Source: Callorhinchus milii
Lineage: Eukaryota
DNA length: 64,000 nt
Direction: 5' to 3'
NCBI RefSeq assembly: GCF_018977255.1
Contig: NW_024704742.1
Span: forward strand, 42,720,001 to 42,784,000
Part shown: one piece after another, positions 26,031 through 37,690 of the stretch
Layout of the letters: the number at the start of each line of letters is the position of its first letter
Numbering within the stretch: the stretch's first letter is position 1
Notes under the pieces: generated by a model
The model's database searches: none
What the model was told of the DNA's origin: nothing
The model's input: the letters and a program-made list of their open reading frames with translations, nothing else
Made by a program: the position numbers and the translations under genes

Positions 26031-27142
26031 CATTTTGACTCCCCAAGGAGAACAGTCACTAGACCAAAGACCAAACTACACTGCACCTCTCTGGTTACAA
26101 AAGGATAGTCAATACAACTCCAATATAGTCAAAATATACCTAAGTTAGCAAATCTAAAGAAATCATGGGAAGAATTCAGTAGTTAAATTACTAAAACGGT
26201 AATAGCTACTGGGGTGAAAATTGTAGTTTGCCAAAACCCATTCCATACCTTAAGTATTGCCACTGAAAATTAAGAAACACTTCATCAACTGGAAACTGTC
26301 CTTAGGGACAGGTGCAGACTTGAACATCCCTGACTTCAGGAGACTGACTGGTTTCTCCTTCAGGCTTCTTTCTCATTGTCAGTTTGACATTGATGTGCTT
26401 TTTGAAAAATAATTAGTGAAAGCCAATTTTTGAATTCCCAGCTGTTAGAACAGCTTTTAGAACTATAACCTTTTAATTTTAAAATTACTTAGCCAGTATC
26501 TGGCAAAGAAGCAGACAATCCACATTTGTGAGCCAATTAAAGACTTGGTCAAATAAAACAAAATGCAATTTTGCTTGTATCAATTGGTTCCCTTGAATGT
26601 ACTGTAATCGGTTTCCTTTCCTATGGACTAACAACAACAACAACAACAAGATTCCATTTATTGAGCGCCTTTCACGTCGGGAGAACGTCCCAAAGTGCTG
26701 TACAGTTGGGTCAGGACCCGAGCAGGGGGGATATGGTCAGGGTGAGGGGAGGGAAGGGAGGGAGCGAGGAGGGGGTAGAGTTGAGAGGGGAGCTGAAGGC
26801 ACGGTCAAAGAGAAAGGTCTTGAGCGGCCTTCAAGGAGGAAAGGGAGGAGGCGGTGAAGGCACTGGGGGATGGAGTTCCAGAGCCTCGGGGCTGAGAGGC
26901 TGAAGGCCCGGCCACCGATGGTAGGGCGGTTGGGGCGGGGGATGTGGAGTAGACCGGAGCCAGAGGAACGGAGGGTACGGGCAGGTAGGTAGGGGGATAG
27001 TAGGTCGGAGAGGTAGGAGGGAGCAAGACCGTGAATGGCCTTGTAGGTGAGGATGAGGATCTTGAATTCGATCCTCTGGGGGATGGGGAGCCAGTGGAGG
27101 CGAGCGAGGGTGGGAGTGATGTGGTCCCGAAGCCTGGTGCGG

Positions 27143-27314
27143 ATCAGGAGGACAGACCGCCAACTCGCAGCAGGACTGTTGGGACAGTATCATCGACTCG
27201 ATAGCTAAACCCACATCACCGTTACAGTGGTCCAGAACAGTCTGCAGCAACTCCGGATTCTGTTGTGGGAACGCGTGGCAGAGCACCGCGAGGTGGGTCG
27301 GATACCCGTGGATG
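27143..27314 (-). pseudogene. Captured gene fragment resembling a DMRT-family DMA (CUE/UBA-like) domain
   Basis: Open frame IHGYPTHLAVLCHAFPQQNPELLQTVLDHCNGDVGLAIESMILSQQ matches the DMA pattern L..hFP.Q....L..VL..C.GDV..AIE; CpG-rich; no homology to the surrounding L2 or SINE. Confidence 0.75.
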
Positions 27315-27424
27315 TACAGTCAATTCACTTTACAGTCTATTCTGTGAAGCGCTTTGGGACGTCCTCCCGACGTGAAAAGCGCTATATCAAATGCAAGGAT
27401 TATTATTATTATTATTATTATTAT
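27315..27424 (+). mobile_element. Young SINE 3' tail fused to the DMA-like fragment
   Basis: Nearly identical to the 3' ~110 nt of SINE 51268-51593, including (TAT)n. Confidence 0.95.
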
Positions 27425-27829
27425 AGTACACGAGCTGCAGAGTTCTGAATGACCTGCAGCTTGTGGAGGGAGGTACCGGGAAGGCCGGCGAGGAGAGAGT
27501 TCCCATAGTCCAGCCTTGACTAAAGAGAGTGATGTGAAAATGCTCTCAATCTGCCAATACTTAAAATATTTTGAAAAATACTACAGTTATGGTACTTAAG
27601 TTAGTGCATTTAGCTGCACAGAAAAGTTGAATTATTGGTAAAACCAGTGCAGAACTCATTGTTCCAACAGAGCCACAAATCGATTACCTTGTAATAATGT
27701 CTGATACAATCTACCAAAATGTTTAATGTCAGTTTTCATCTCAAGGTCTTCAGTTGACAAATTTCATCATCACCAATGTGCACAGTATCAGCTGTAGTAG
27801 AAAACTCTTAATATCATAGTCAGCTTTTA

Positions 27830-28170
27830 CTCAAACGCACTCCTCACCAACCTCCTCACTCCCCAATCCACCAACCGGCGTTTCCACTCAACTGACACCG
27901 GGCTCCTGCTCATCCCTCACACCTTCTTCCCCACCATCAGAGGTTGCGCTTTCAGCCACTACGCCCTGAAACTCTGAAACACTCTCCCTCAATTTCTCCG
28001 CCTTGCCCCCTCTCTCCCCTCTTTCAAGTCCTGCCTGAAAATCTTCCTCTTCGATCGTGCTTATGGCTACCTCCCCCCGCCCTGACTCAGAGTCAGGCTC
28101 CGCCACTGTTAAGCGCACTGAGATGCTACCCTCTGTGAAGGGTGCTCTATAAGTGCAAGTTGTTGTTGTG
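27830..28170 (+). mobile_element. L2 3' fragment (second L2 family)
   Basis: Tail gagatgctaccctctgtgaagggtgctctataagtgcaag(ttg)n; same family as 48650-48900 and 33376-33475. Confidence 0.85.
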
Positions 28171-28855
28171 TTTTTATAAGACACTATGCACAGACAATAA
28201 ACTACTGCAATTTTCACATAATTTGCAAAACAAGAAGTTGACCTTTAGAAAAAAATGATGAAGTTGCATTTTCAAATTTAGACTGTAGCAGCTAAAAAGT
28301 ATTGATCTGAAGCAGGAAACATGTTTGTCAAAAGTTTAACTTGCACACTGCTTGAAAGTCAAACTGACACATTCTCTTTACTCAATCATGGGTCTTGTGA
28401 TGCCAATGACAGGAAGAAGGAAGGAATGGCTATTAGTACTTAAACAAGTCGATAATACTCAAAAATCTGGTGTATATTTTATACGTTTATGCAAGTTATC
28501 ATATTGTTGAAATACAAGGGTTAGTCTCGGGTTTAAGCTATGGTCTGCTGGTGACATATTCCCTCCATTGCCATCAGCCTCCAGAGTGTGAACCCCACCA
28601 ACTATATCAGTCTAACTGATAGGAGATTTTGAGGAGATATTGTAAGTTAGGGTGCAATTTACACACTGAATTCATGGTAAATTATACCTTGCAATCAAGG
28701 AAACTTTTTTTTAGATTTTAGTTTGGTGACTTTGCAATTAGAATACGCCTTAAGGTAAAAGCAAGTTGATGAGTGCAAATTGGTGAGAGATCTGTGAGTT
28801 ATCCTTCACCATTGTTGCAGTTTCCCTTCACCTATTCGATTGTATATACACCACA

Positions 28856-29127
28856 AGAGAGACCTGAGTTCAATTCCCGGCAGGGCGAAACCTTGGGCAA
28901 GTTTCCTTACTCCACACGCCTAATAATAATCCCTCCAAAACCCCAAACAATAATAAATTGGTCTTTTTCAATCTACGACTGTTTGTGGGACATTGCTGTG
29001 CGCAATTGGCTGCCGCATTCGCCCACAAATATAGTCAATTCACTTTACAGTGTGTTCTGTGAAGCGCTTTAGGACGTCCTCCCGACGTGAAAAGCGCGAT
29101 ATCAAATGTAAGGATTATTATTATTAA
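28856..29127 (+). mobile_element. Young tRNA-Ala-type SINE, 5'-truncated
   Basis: Near-identical to the body and tail of 51268-51593. Confidence 0.95.
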
Positions 29128-29149
29128 TAGCTCACTATGGATTGCTTGT

Positions 29150-29350
29150 ATATTAAATAGTAATTCTTGTATTTGACATAATGCCTATAATGTTGAAAAT
29201 TAGCTCAAAGCATTTCACTAAATTTCTGTGAAGTGTTGTACCTAGAGATTTGTAGGCAAACATGGAAACCAATTTGTGCACAACAAACAGCCCACAAACA
29301 CCCCTGAAGTAAATGATATATGCACGCACAGCAATGTCCCACAAATAGTT
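29150..29350 (-). mobile_element. Old SINE 3' part with a duplicated Deu core
   Basis: aatttgtgcacaacaaacagcccacaaac followed by gcacagcaatgtcccacaaa. Confidence 0.7.
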
Positions 29351-30579
29351 CACGGCTATTTAATGACCTCCTTGTACTATATTAAATGCCACAGTTATTT
29401 ATTACTATTTATATTTATCGCTGGCCTGCTGCCCTTCATGGAGCCTTTCCTGCCTCCCCCTTATCAAGCAGCACAGAAACATTGTGTTCCATGCAATATT
29501 TAATTCATCTCAGTTTGTACTTGTTCCAGTATCCTACAAAACTGAATGAAATTATTGACTTGTACATGTCTGTTGACTGGACCCATGCTCTGTGATCTGC
29601 TGTATTAATATATGCCTGGATTTACTGGACATCTTGTGACTCAGAACAGAAATGGGAGAGATTTTTTTTATCTGATTGTCTAGTATGGATTCAATTATAG
29701 ATGTATAACAGCATTGCTTTCATCCATCACATGAACCAGATTCCTATTACTATATAAAATGATCTCTTTTTGTGATTTTGTTTTAAAGAATTACATATAT
29801 TGATCTCGTGTTAACGCAGAGGAGTGTTCCACTTCTGAATTTGAATCAAGTTGTTGGTGTTGTTAATAGCATCTCCTCTTGTAAGAGTTGGATTTATTTC
29901 CCCATTGCCCAAACCACCCATCCTTTAGTGCTTCTGTGAATCAGACTGCCAATTTAATGGAAATAAGTACTAAATTACAGGCAGTTGTGCGCTGTGCTTT
30001 GCCCATGAACAATTGGACGAAGACTTCCAAAGGTCATTTCTCTCAGAGCTGTCAGATGCTGTCATTATACTGCACTTAGCAGTACAGAATTAACACCATC
30101 TGTGCAGTAGTGCGAGCCCAAAGCAGTTGAATTACTGCACAAGTCGCCGTTGGGGGGGAAAGAGAGTAACAGAGTTCATATGTGCACAGATTGTGATTAA
30201 AAAAAAGCCTTTTGCACTGCCGATGAAGGTTCTACTCATTGGAAGAACTGACAGTCAACTGAAAATAGAATGTGAGTAAAAAAGAAAATGTAGATTAAAG
30301 GTGAGTTTTATGAGGCTATGCTAGGTGGTGGAAGACCATCTCTTACTGTATTGGTACCAATGACCTGGGTACATCCTGGCAACATTATACTGCACTTGTC
30401 GTATCGTCACAATGGAAATCACTTCAGTTACTGGTAAGAGAAAACAGTTTATTGACAAGAACAGACAGCAGACTCACCACCAACAATTTTAAACCAAGGT
30501 CCCAGAAATGAAGCAACAGTAACCCAGAACCTGTGCATTGAAGCAGCATTTTGAGGCTTTGAGCTCATATAGTCTATTT

Positions 30580-31500
30580 ACACTCCAGTGCTGGGGAAAC
30601 ATTGCATCGTCTGAGGCGCCATCCTTCAGATGAGGCATTAAACCCAGGTCTTGTTTACCTATTTACATGGATGTTAAAGATCTCATTCCTTTTTTTTGGT
30701 CAGCTGGGTGTTTGACATATGCGTAAACCCATCACAATGCTTAAGAGTATCCAAACCAAGCTGAGATTTCCATGCATCCCACCTACATATGGAAATCTCA
30801 GAGATAGACTGTTGGAATGGAATGTACACTCTCTCCCTGGAGGGACGTATCCTGCTTACATAATTCCGGAAAGTATTAGGCCCTGGTTGGCAAGAGCCAA
30901 GGCATGGGGACCCCAGAGTGTGCGTTGGGGTACTGCTGGAGTCTAACCAGCTAAAACCACATTGCTTGCCATTGATATTGATGTCTGGCAAGCTTTCCCA
31001 CTGCTTGTTCAGCTAGGACTACCCTACCCATTAAGGCTTTGGCTTGCAGGGTTAACACGAGGTCGGTGGGATGACTCTGTGCCTCCAGACTGGTCTGCCG
31101 TTCCAGGTCCTGCCGATGAGCCAGGCTGGCTGTGATGACATCAGCAGTGCCCTGGAATACTGCGGACCCACCTGGCTCAGGAACCGGACTATCGAGCCCA
31201 ACACAGAGGGCTGACTCAATTCCGACATTCCATTCTCAGGCATGTCACCTTGGAGCCTGTTCAGTTCAAAGGAGATCCCACTTATCTCCCCAACCCCACA
31301 AGGACACTATTCTAAAAGAGAAGGAATTTTTTTCCGGTGCATGGCCAACAATCTCCCAGATAAAACTGGTCATTCGCTTTATGGCTGTATGTGGGGATTG
31401 CTGTGTGGACATTTGTTGCCATCTTCAACAAAGTACACTTTACAATAAATCTTGTGAAGTGCTGTGAGAAGTCTCAACAATATTCTTTATGATAATAATT
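30580..31500 (+). mobile_element. SacSINE1-like SINE split by the unclassified retroposon
   Basis: SINE body ends at gatgttaaagatctcat (~30687) and resumes at ggacactattctaaaagag (~31302). Confidence 0.8.
30690..31272 (-). mobile_element. Unclassified poly(A)-tailed structured retroposon (longest copy in the window)
   Basis: The T-run on + is poly(A) on the minus strand; terminus ...acacccagctgacc(A)n; TSD-like agatctca/agatccca; internal hairpin with a 13-bp stem; homologous to about 7 other loci. Confidence 0.85.
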
Positions 31501-31944
31501 TGCATTCATTATTATCTTCATTTTTACATATTGCTTTGTCCATCATGGCAAATGTACACAGGTTGAATAACAATTCAAACAGTTTAGAAAAACTCAAATA
31601 AATTTGAATGAGGTCTTAAATTAATTCCTGCGGTATCAACAAGGATAAGATATTGACAATCTTTTAAGGGTTGTAATGAACCAGAACAGAATGTAACACA
31701 AGAACGTGGCAGCAAATAAATCCCCATGTCCTGTTAAAGACGGGTAGAAAATGTGTGGATTAATTAAGTATGAAACTAGATTGAAGAGCAGGAATTATTA
31801 ACACAAATTTCCAGAGATAAATCAGAGCTAGGAAATAGATCTCCAACTGAAACAAATGAAACATCTAATTATTAAGAAAACAACAAGAAAGGTCTCAACC
31901 TCCTGCAAAGTTATTGCTAATTCACTGGTGTCATGGGAACAGCG

Positions 31945-32125
31945 TTTTCTTTGGTCAGCCGGGGGCCTGACACATGCGGAAAGCCATCACTGTATTTAAA
32001 AAAGGGTATCCAACCCAGATAGAGTTCCGCATATGTAAGCCACTATGAATGGCAATTTCCCTGTATCTGGATTGGAATGCGCACTTTCTCACTGAAGGAA
32101 TACACCCGGCTTACTTAATTTCAAA
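31945..32125 (-). mobile_element. Unclassified poly(A) retroposon 3' remnant
   Basis: tttctttggtcagccgggggcctgacacatgcggaaagccatcac. Confidence 0.8.
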
Positions 32126-32129
32126 TAGA

Positions 32130-32290
32130 ATTATAATAACAATCCTAGCATTTGATATGGCGCTTATCACATCGTCGAGACGTCAGTAAGCGCTTCACAG
32201 AATATACTGTAAAGTGAATTGATTGTGTATTTTGTGAGCGAAACACAGCAGCCAACTGCACACAGGAATGTCCCACAAACAGCTATGGAG
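32130..32290 (-). mobile_element. SINE 3' part
   Basis: aatcctagcatttgatatggcgc...gcgcttcacagaatatactgtaaagtgaattg...aatgtcccacaaacag. Confidence 0.9.
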
Positions 32291-33375
32291 TTCATGAAAG
32301 GTGCTATATAAAAGTGATTTGTAGCTGTTTTTTGTTTTGCAAGATCCTTTGCTCTTATTCTGATTCTTTCTATCTTTTTCTGTATTTTTTTGGTAGCTTT
32401 CCCCCCTTTTCCAATTTTTCGTCTTAAATTCTTTACTTGACTAGAACCATTTTGTTTCAGTTTCATCAACTCGTCATACTCTGAACTCAAAACTTTAGGA
32501 CTCTCATTGACTTCATCCTCTCCCATTTCTTGTTGCTTTTGTTCAAATTCTTGTTTTTCCATTTCAAATTTGACAAGATCCATTTCATCTCTAGGAAATT
32601 TAGCGCCTGTGAGGGCAAGATTATTTTTATCATCTTCTATATCTTTTTTCGCTACGGCAATCCCCTTTTTTAAATCTTCAATCTTTTCCTCAACACTTTT
32701 CTTTGTTTCTATTGGTGTGGTTACTTTGCCTTTATCTGTGTCCAAATCTTCCTTTTTGGGCTCTTTCTTCTGCTGTTTCTTTGTCTCCTCGTGTTTTTTT
32801 CCCATCGCTGATCTTGATTTCTCCATTGCTGTCACTGTCATTGCCCATACTGCTAGAGATTGAAGCTAACCTCTCGGGCTTCGGTCTCCTTCCTTGCGGC
32901 GTTGGCTTCTTCTTCTTGGCCACTGGCTCCTTGCCTCTGGGAGGTTTCTTCACAGAATCTGATCAGTACCATTGCATCAATCAAGTACTCATCTTCCTCA
33001 TCACTAATAGAGGATTCCTGATCAGAGCTGTCCAAGATTCCATGTTACTTTGATCGCACTTGATCTATCCTGGTTCTCTGCTGTTTGCTTGTCATTTTAT
33101 AATCTTTCTGTTCTGTCAGCTTTTCTCCTGTGTTCCTCTGGCATAGTTCCTTACAAGTTCTTGTTGTCTACTCTTGCCCATACTGGCTGCACACATAACA
33201 TTTCCCGTCTCCTGCTGGACCTCTCCGTAAAGGATGCAGTAACCCATATTTGTCACAGGTATCCTCTTTTATACTTCCTGGTCTTCTTTCATTGGTTTCC
33301 AGTTAATTGTTTATTTACTCTTATTGGGTTATTGAACAGTCTGTCATTGTCAATGTTTCAGTTGGATTTATAGGT
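32291..33375 (-). pseudogene. Gypsy-type gag C-terminal fragment: degenerate double zinc knuckle, acidic linker, long K/E-rich coiled coil
   Basis: TCDKYGLLHPLRRGPAGDGKCYVCSQYGQE*TTRTC (33153-33260) lies in the same frame as DSSDQESSISDEEDEYLIDAMV; frameshifts then lead into ~170 open K/E-rich codons. Confidence 0.65.
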
Positions 33376-33475
33376 ACAACAATAACAACTTGCATTTATA
33401 TAGTCTTCTTCACGCAGGGTAGCGTCTTGGAGCATTTAACAGAGCTTGATGCTGAGCTGGGGGGAAGTGACTGTA
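33376..33475 (-). mobile_element. L2 (second family) 3' tail
   Basis: acaacaataacaacttgcatttatatag..cttcacgcagggtagcgtc. Confidence 0.85.
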
Positions 33476-34099
33476 AGGAACTTATGTTTTTCTGTGCTAA
33501 CCCGATTGTCTTGTTATCACTGGTGTAGGCATTACTGTATTTAAAGCACGTCTGAATCTCCAATCCCAAGGGTGCAACACAATAAGGGGCACCAGCCACA
33601 TTGCCCTTTTTCTATTCTCTAACCTGCAGCTGCTGGTAGGTACCAGTTTGCTCTCACTCAGTTCAACAGTATATTATGCTTTTGGGGCTTCTCATTGGAA
33701 TTGACAAACTTATATAAAAATTGCTTTACCTTGAATTATATCCTTGGTTTAATTGTGAATGGATAGTGTTACTCAATTCTGAGTAAGATTGTATTTGGAT
33801 TTTATAGTAAACAAATGGCATTTAAATCAAGTTAATATGTTAATTCAATCTACAGGGAATATTATTGTGATGCATACTGGAGATTGGTTTGTATTGGAAA
33901 CAACATTTTTTTGACCAGATTTTATGATGGCATATGATGAAAACCAGACTGAGAGTTCTACATATGCACACCACCAATGCATAATTTTTATCTGGAATAG
34001 AAAACACACTCTCTCACTCAGAGAAATGCACACTGTTCACCTAATTCCAGAAAGTATTAATAATCCATGCATTTGATATAGCGCCTTATCCGTATCTCA

Positions 34100-34238
34100 G
34101 ACACCAGCAGCATCGATGAATGCACACTGCACCTCACCAAGCCAGTCAGGAACCTAAGCATCTTGTTCGACCCTCAATTGTACTTTCTCCTCCACATGTG
34201 TGCCATGACCTGCACTGCCTTCCACCACCTCCACAACA
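34100..34238 (+). mobile_element. L2 internal fragment
   Basis: aagccagtcaggaacctaagcatcttgttcgaccctc ([15 protein letters not shown]). Confidence 0.75.
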
Positions 34239-34344
34239 TTCTGACGAAGGGTCATGGATCCAAAGCATTGACTTACTTTCCTATCTCCATAGATGCTGCC
34301 TGACCTGCTGAGTGTTCCCAGCGACTTCTATTTTTGTTTCAGAT
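34239..34344 (+). mobile_element. Penelope-like pseudo-LTR remnant with a decayed hammerhead core
   Basis: ttctgacgaagggtcatggatccaaagc...agatgctgcctgacctgctgagtgttcccagc; same family as 47024-47236. Confidence 0.8.
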
Positions 34345-34700
34345 GTAGGTCGGCAAGAGTCGAGTGTTAGAGGAACCCAGAATGTGATGGTGTACTGCTG
34401 GAATTTAACCAGCTAAAACTGCATAGATTGTTAGTGTAAACACTGTCTGGCAAGCTTCCTGCTGCGCCTCCAGCAAGGAGCAATCTATCTGCTAAGACTT
34501 TGGCTTGGAGGTTTAACAGCAGCTGAGTGGGAAGAATCCCTGCCCCAAGTGATTTAGTCTGTACTCCAAGTCGGACTCCCTGGTCTTGTCATCAACAGTG
34601 CCTTGAAGTACTGCAAACCCTCCTGACTCAGCAGCCAGACTACCAAGATTCTGCTATTCCACTGCCATGCCTGATACTTTGGAGCAATCTCAGACCTGCT
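34345..34700 (-). mobile_element. Unclassified retroposon, internal/5' portion
   Basis: ggtcggcaagag...gtactgctggaatttaaccagctaaaac...ctggcaagctt; colinear with 30885-31260. Confidence 0.8.
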
Positions 34701-34929
34701 GAGGACTCACCCTAGTTTCTGGAGAGACATTATAAACACAGGTTTAATCATTACATTGATACCAGTTATTAGAAACTCACTGCAAACTGGAATTCAGTGG
34801 GAGCAGGTGACTCCTATTCTCATGATTAGTTTAATTATCTTCTTTGTGGACCATTAATTGTTAAGGTCCTAAAACAGGGCCTTGTCAGCAATTTACACAC
34901 TGTAACATTATGCCACCTAGTCTGTATTA

Positions 34930-35340
34930 AACTTGACCCCCACCCCCATCAATCCAGTCCTTGCTTCACTAGCTCCCTATTGGCAGAACAGATAGATTTA
35001 AAGATCCTCACACTCAACTCACTTCATGCCTTGGTACCTCCCTACCTCTCTGGCTTTCTTACACATCACTCCTCTACCCACTCCCTTCACTCATTAGCTC
35101 CAGCCTCCTCCCTCGTCTCCTCTGTGCATCATTGGTGGCCATGCTTTCAGCCATTATGCCCCAAGACTCTACCTTAATCCTTCTGTCTTGCGCCTCCTCA
35201 TCTGTCTTCAGATCACACCTGAAGACCTTCCTCTTTGAACGTGCCTACAGTCACCTCCTCTCTCTCCCTAGCTCGGTGTCTACTGTTAGACACTGTCTGG
35301 TGTGAAGGATGCTATATAAATCCAAGTTGTTATTGTCGTA
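34930..35340 (+). mobile_element. Old L2 3' fragment
   Basis: IDLKILTL..LHALVPPYLS remnant; tail aagttgttattg. Confidence 0.8.
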
Positions 35341-35542
35341 GTCCAACAGCATGGCCAGAAGGTCCAAGTAAAAGTCTAATCTCTCCATCGTTCCATCCTA
35401 TTTCAGATAACCCAGTAGATAGATGAAGTGTAACCAAGTACTATTTAAATTCCATACCACAAGATCACAAGAGCATGATGAAAAAGGCATTTGGGCCTAT
35501 TTAACCTAATTCTTCTAAATTATCCTGTCTACAATCTTGCCA

Positions 35543-35851
35543 TTATAATAAATAATAATAATCCTTGCATTTGATATAATGCTTTATCACGTCTTCTAGA
35601 CATCTCAAAGCGCTTCACAGAATATACGGTGAAGTGAATTGACTGTATATTTGTGGGTGAAACATGGCAGCCAAATCCACATAGGAGTCGTGAATTGAAG
35701 TGACCAATTTATTATTGTTTTTTTTCTTGAGGGTTTATTATCAGGCGTGTGGCGTAAGGAAACTTGCCCAAGGTTTTGCCCAGCCGGGAATAAAACCCAG
35801 GTCTCTCACTTGCAAGGCGAGTGCTCTAATCCCTGAGCTACAGGACTCCAC
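35543..35851 (-). mobile_element. tRNA-Ala-type SINE (older 'tagaa'-loop subfamily)
   Basis: Head ends ggactccac at ~35851; tail cacgtcttctagacatctc. Confidence 0.93.
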
Positions 35852-36474
35852 ATTATATCATCAAGCATTAGAGTTTTTGGCCTTAACCATCCTTTTTTGT
35901 AACCCATTACCCTCTGTATACATCAATTACCAGTAAGAAATCAACTTTAGAAATCTATGTCTAATAATTCTGAACTAAAGTTCAACAGGAAATACTGTCA
36001 GTGTAGCACTCATGACAAATCTCTCTGCATTTCTGGCATTCACCAGCAAGACAATTCATTTGGGCTATCATCCAATTTACCAGAATACATCACAGATCTG
36101 TTCAGGTGTTGTGGGTAAAGGAAGATATATGGAAGGAATATAAAAACTCAATCTCTTGTGATGAAACTGAATGCTGAAATTCTTGATTTGGGGAAGGGTT
36201 ACACAGTAAGTCTCACATGAAAACAGAAAGACATATGCTTGTCTATTCTTCACACTTCAGTCTCTATAGTCTGATACATATTTTCTGATATGAAATAATC
36301 TCTCAAATTGTACATCTTTCAACATCTGCAATAAAGTAACCCTAATGATAGAGCACAGGTTGTCTTAGATCTTACATTTTGATTAAAACACATCCAATTT
36401 AAATATAGAAGTGTATAATATTTCTCATGGTAACTGATTTGAACAATTTTTGTTTGTTCCTTTGGAATAATATG

Positions 36475-36905
36475 TTATTATAAGAATCCTTGCATTTGAT
36501 ATAGCCTTGGGATGACATCTCAAAGAGCTTCATAACATTCACTGTATATTTTATCAGGGAACACAGCAAGCAAATTGGTTGCTGTGTTCCCTTACAAAAT
36601 GCACAGCGAACTTACAAGATATCCCACAAACAGCCATGAAAGTGAATAGCCTGTTTGATCTGGGGGGATTATTGGCCAGGACACCAGGAGAAACTTCACT
36701 TTCAAAAAGTATATGGGATTTCTTTAATATCCCCTTGAACAGGCCTCAGTTTAATATCTCACCCGAAGGATCTCACCTCCAACAATGCAATATTCCCCAA
36801 TGGAGTGTCAGCCTAGATATGTAAGTTCAAAGTCCTGACCTAGGACTTGAATCCATAACCTTCTGACTCAAAGGTGACAGGACTATTAAGGCAGCCAAAT
36901 GATAC
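36475..36905 (-). mobile_element. SacSINE1-like SINE
   Basis: Tail, body and head (ccttctgactcaaaggtg) are recognisable. Confidence 0.85.
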
Positions 36906-36908
36906 GCA

Positions 36909-37137
36909 GATCTACAATTTCACCTAGTTTTAGCAAATAAGCCTATTTTGTTTTAAATTTCAAGATAGCACTGTGGAAGATTGTAAATTCAATTGTAATT
37001 TGGATGTCGGTTCTTTGTAAGAACTAACCAACTGGCTTCAAAATTGTTCCGCATTTTAGCATTTTGCACAATTCTGCATGATTTTAAAAAGAAAAAGAAA
37101 TGAGCTTATTGACTACAATTGGGTGAAATGTCATACC
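36909..37137. mobile_element. Old MITE-like palindromic element
   Basis: atttcacctagttttagcaaataagcctattt versus the reverse complement of the right end, atttcacccaattgtagtcaataagctcattt. Confidence 0.6.
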
Positions 37138-37624
37138 TAAAGTCTACACATATCTAAATTTAGTAAAATAACTAAAGGAAATGGGAGAAGCATTACAGTG
37201 ATGGATAAGGCAGTGGGATTTCATCATCAACCGATCAAATTACAATCAGGGGGTCAGATGAAACCACAAGATTAATAATAGGCATCATTGATTCCTCACT
37301 GATGTGCATATTATCAATGAGTTTGAGCTGCAGCAAATATGATAATGGATTTAATTGGCAGAATGCCTGTGGTATCATAATGAATCTCTGATAATCATAT
37401 TATAAAATTTTCAGAATTAATGACTTCCTTGCCAAGCCTTGAAATGTTTTAGACATTTTAATTAGCTGCTGCACTACAAGAACCTCAGAGAAATGTCAGC
37501 GATTATAAAACCCTCTGCAAATGTAAACTGTATTTTAAAGTGCAAACAAACATTATTCAAGTTCCACTTAGTGACTGTTCTCCGTGGGGGGATGGGGAGG
37601 TAAACTGGATCTCCTTGGAGTTAA

Positions 37625-37690
37625 ACTGGAATTCTCAGTTTGGTTGGATACTCATGGTGATGGATTTCCGCATATGTCAGACCTAAGTCC
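37625..37690 (+). mobile_element. Unclassified retroposon 3' remnant
   Basis: ggaattctcagtttggttggatactcatggtgatggatttccgcatatgtcagac. Confidence 0.75.

Larger units (their letters stand above)
26630..27519 (-). mobile_element. Young L2 3' fragment interrupted at 27143-27424
   Basis: (AAC)n tail; the L2 sequence ggtgcgg| resumes as |agtacacgagctgcagagttctg after the insert. Confidence 0.93.

Noticed and set aside
30698..31230. Possible HDV-like ribozyme (GGTCAGC...GCTGACT pairing) in the unclassified repeat
   Set aside because: No P1.1 GG/CC, L3 or J4/2 consensus, and the poly(A) polarity indicates the opposite strand is sense.
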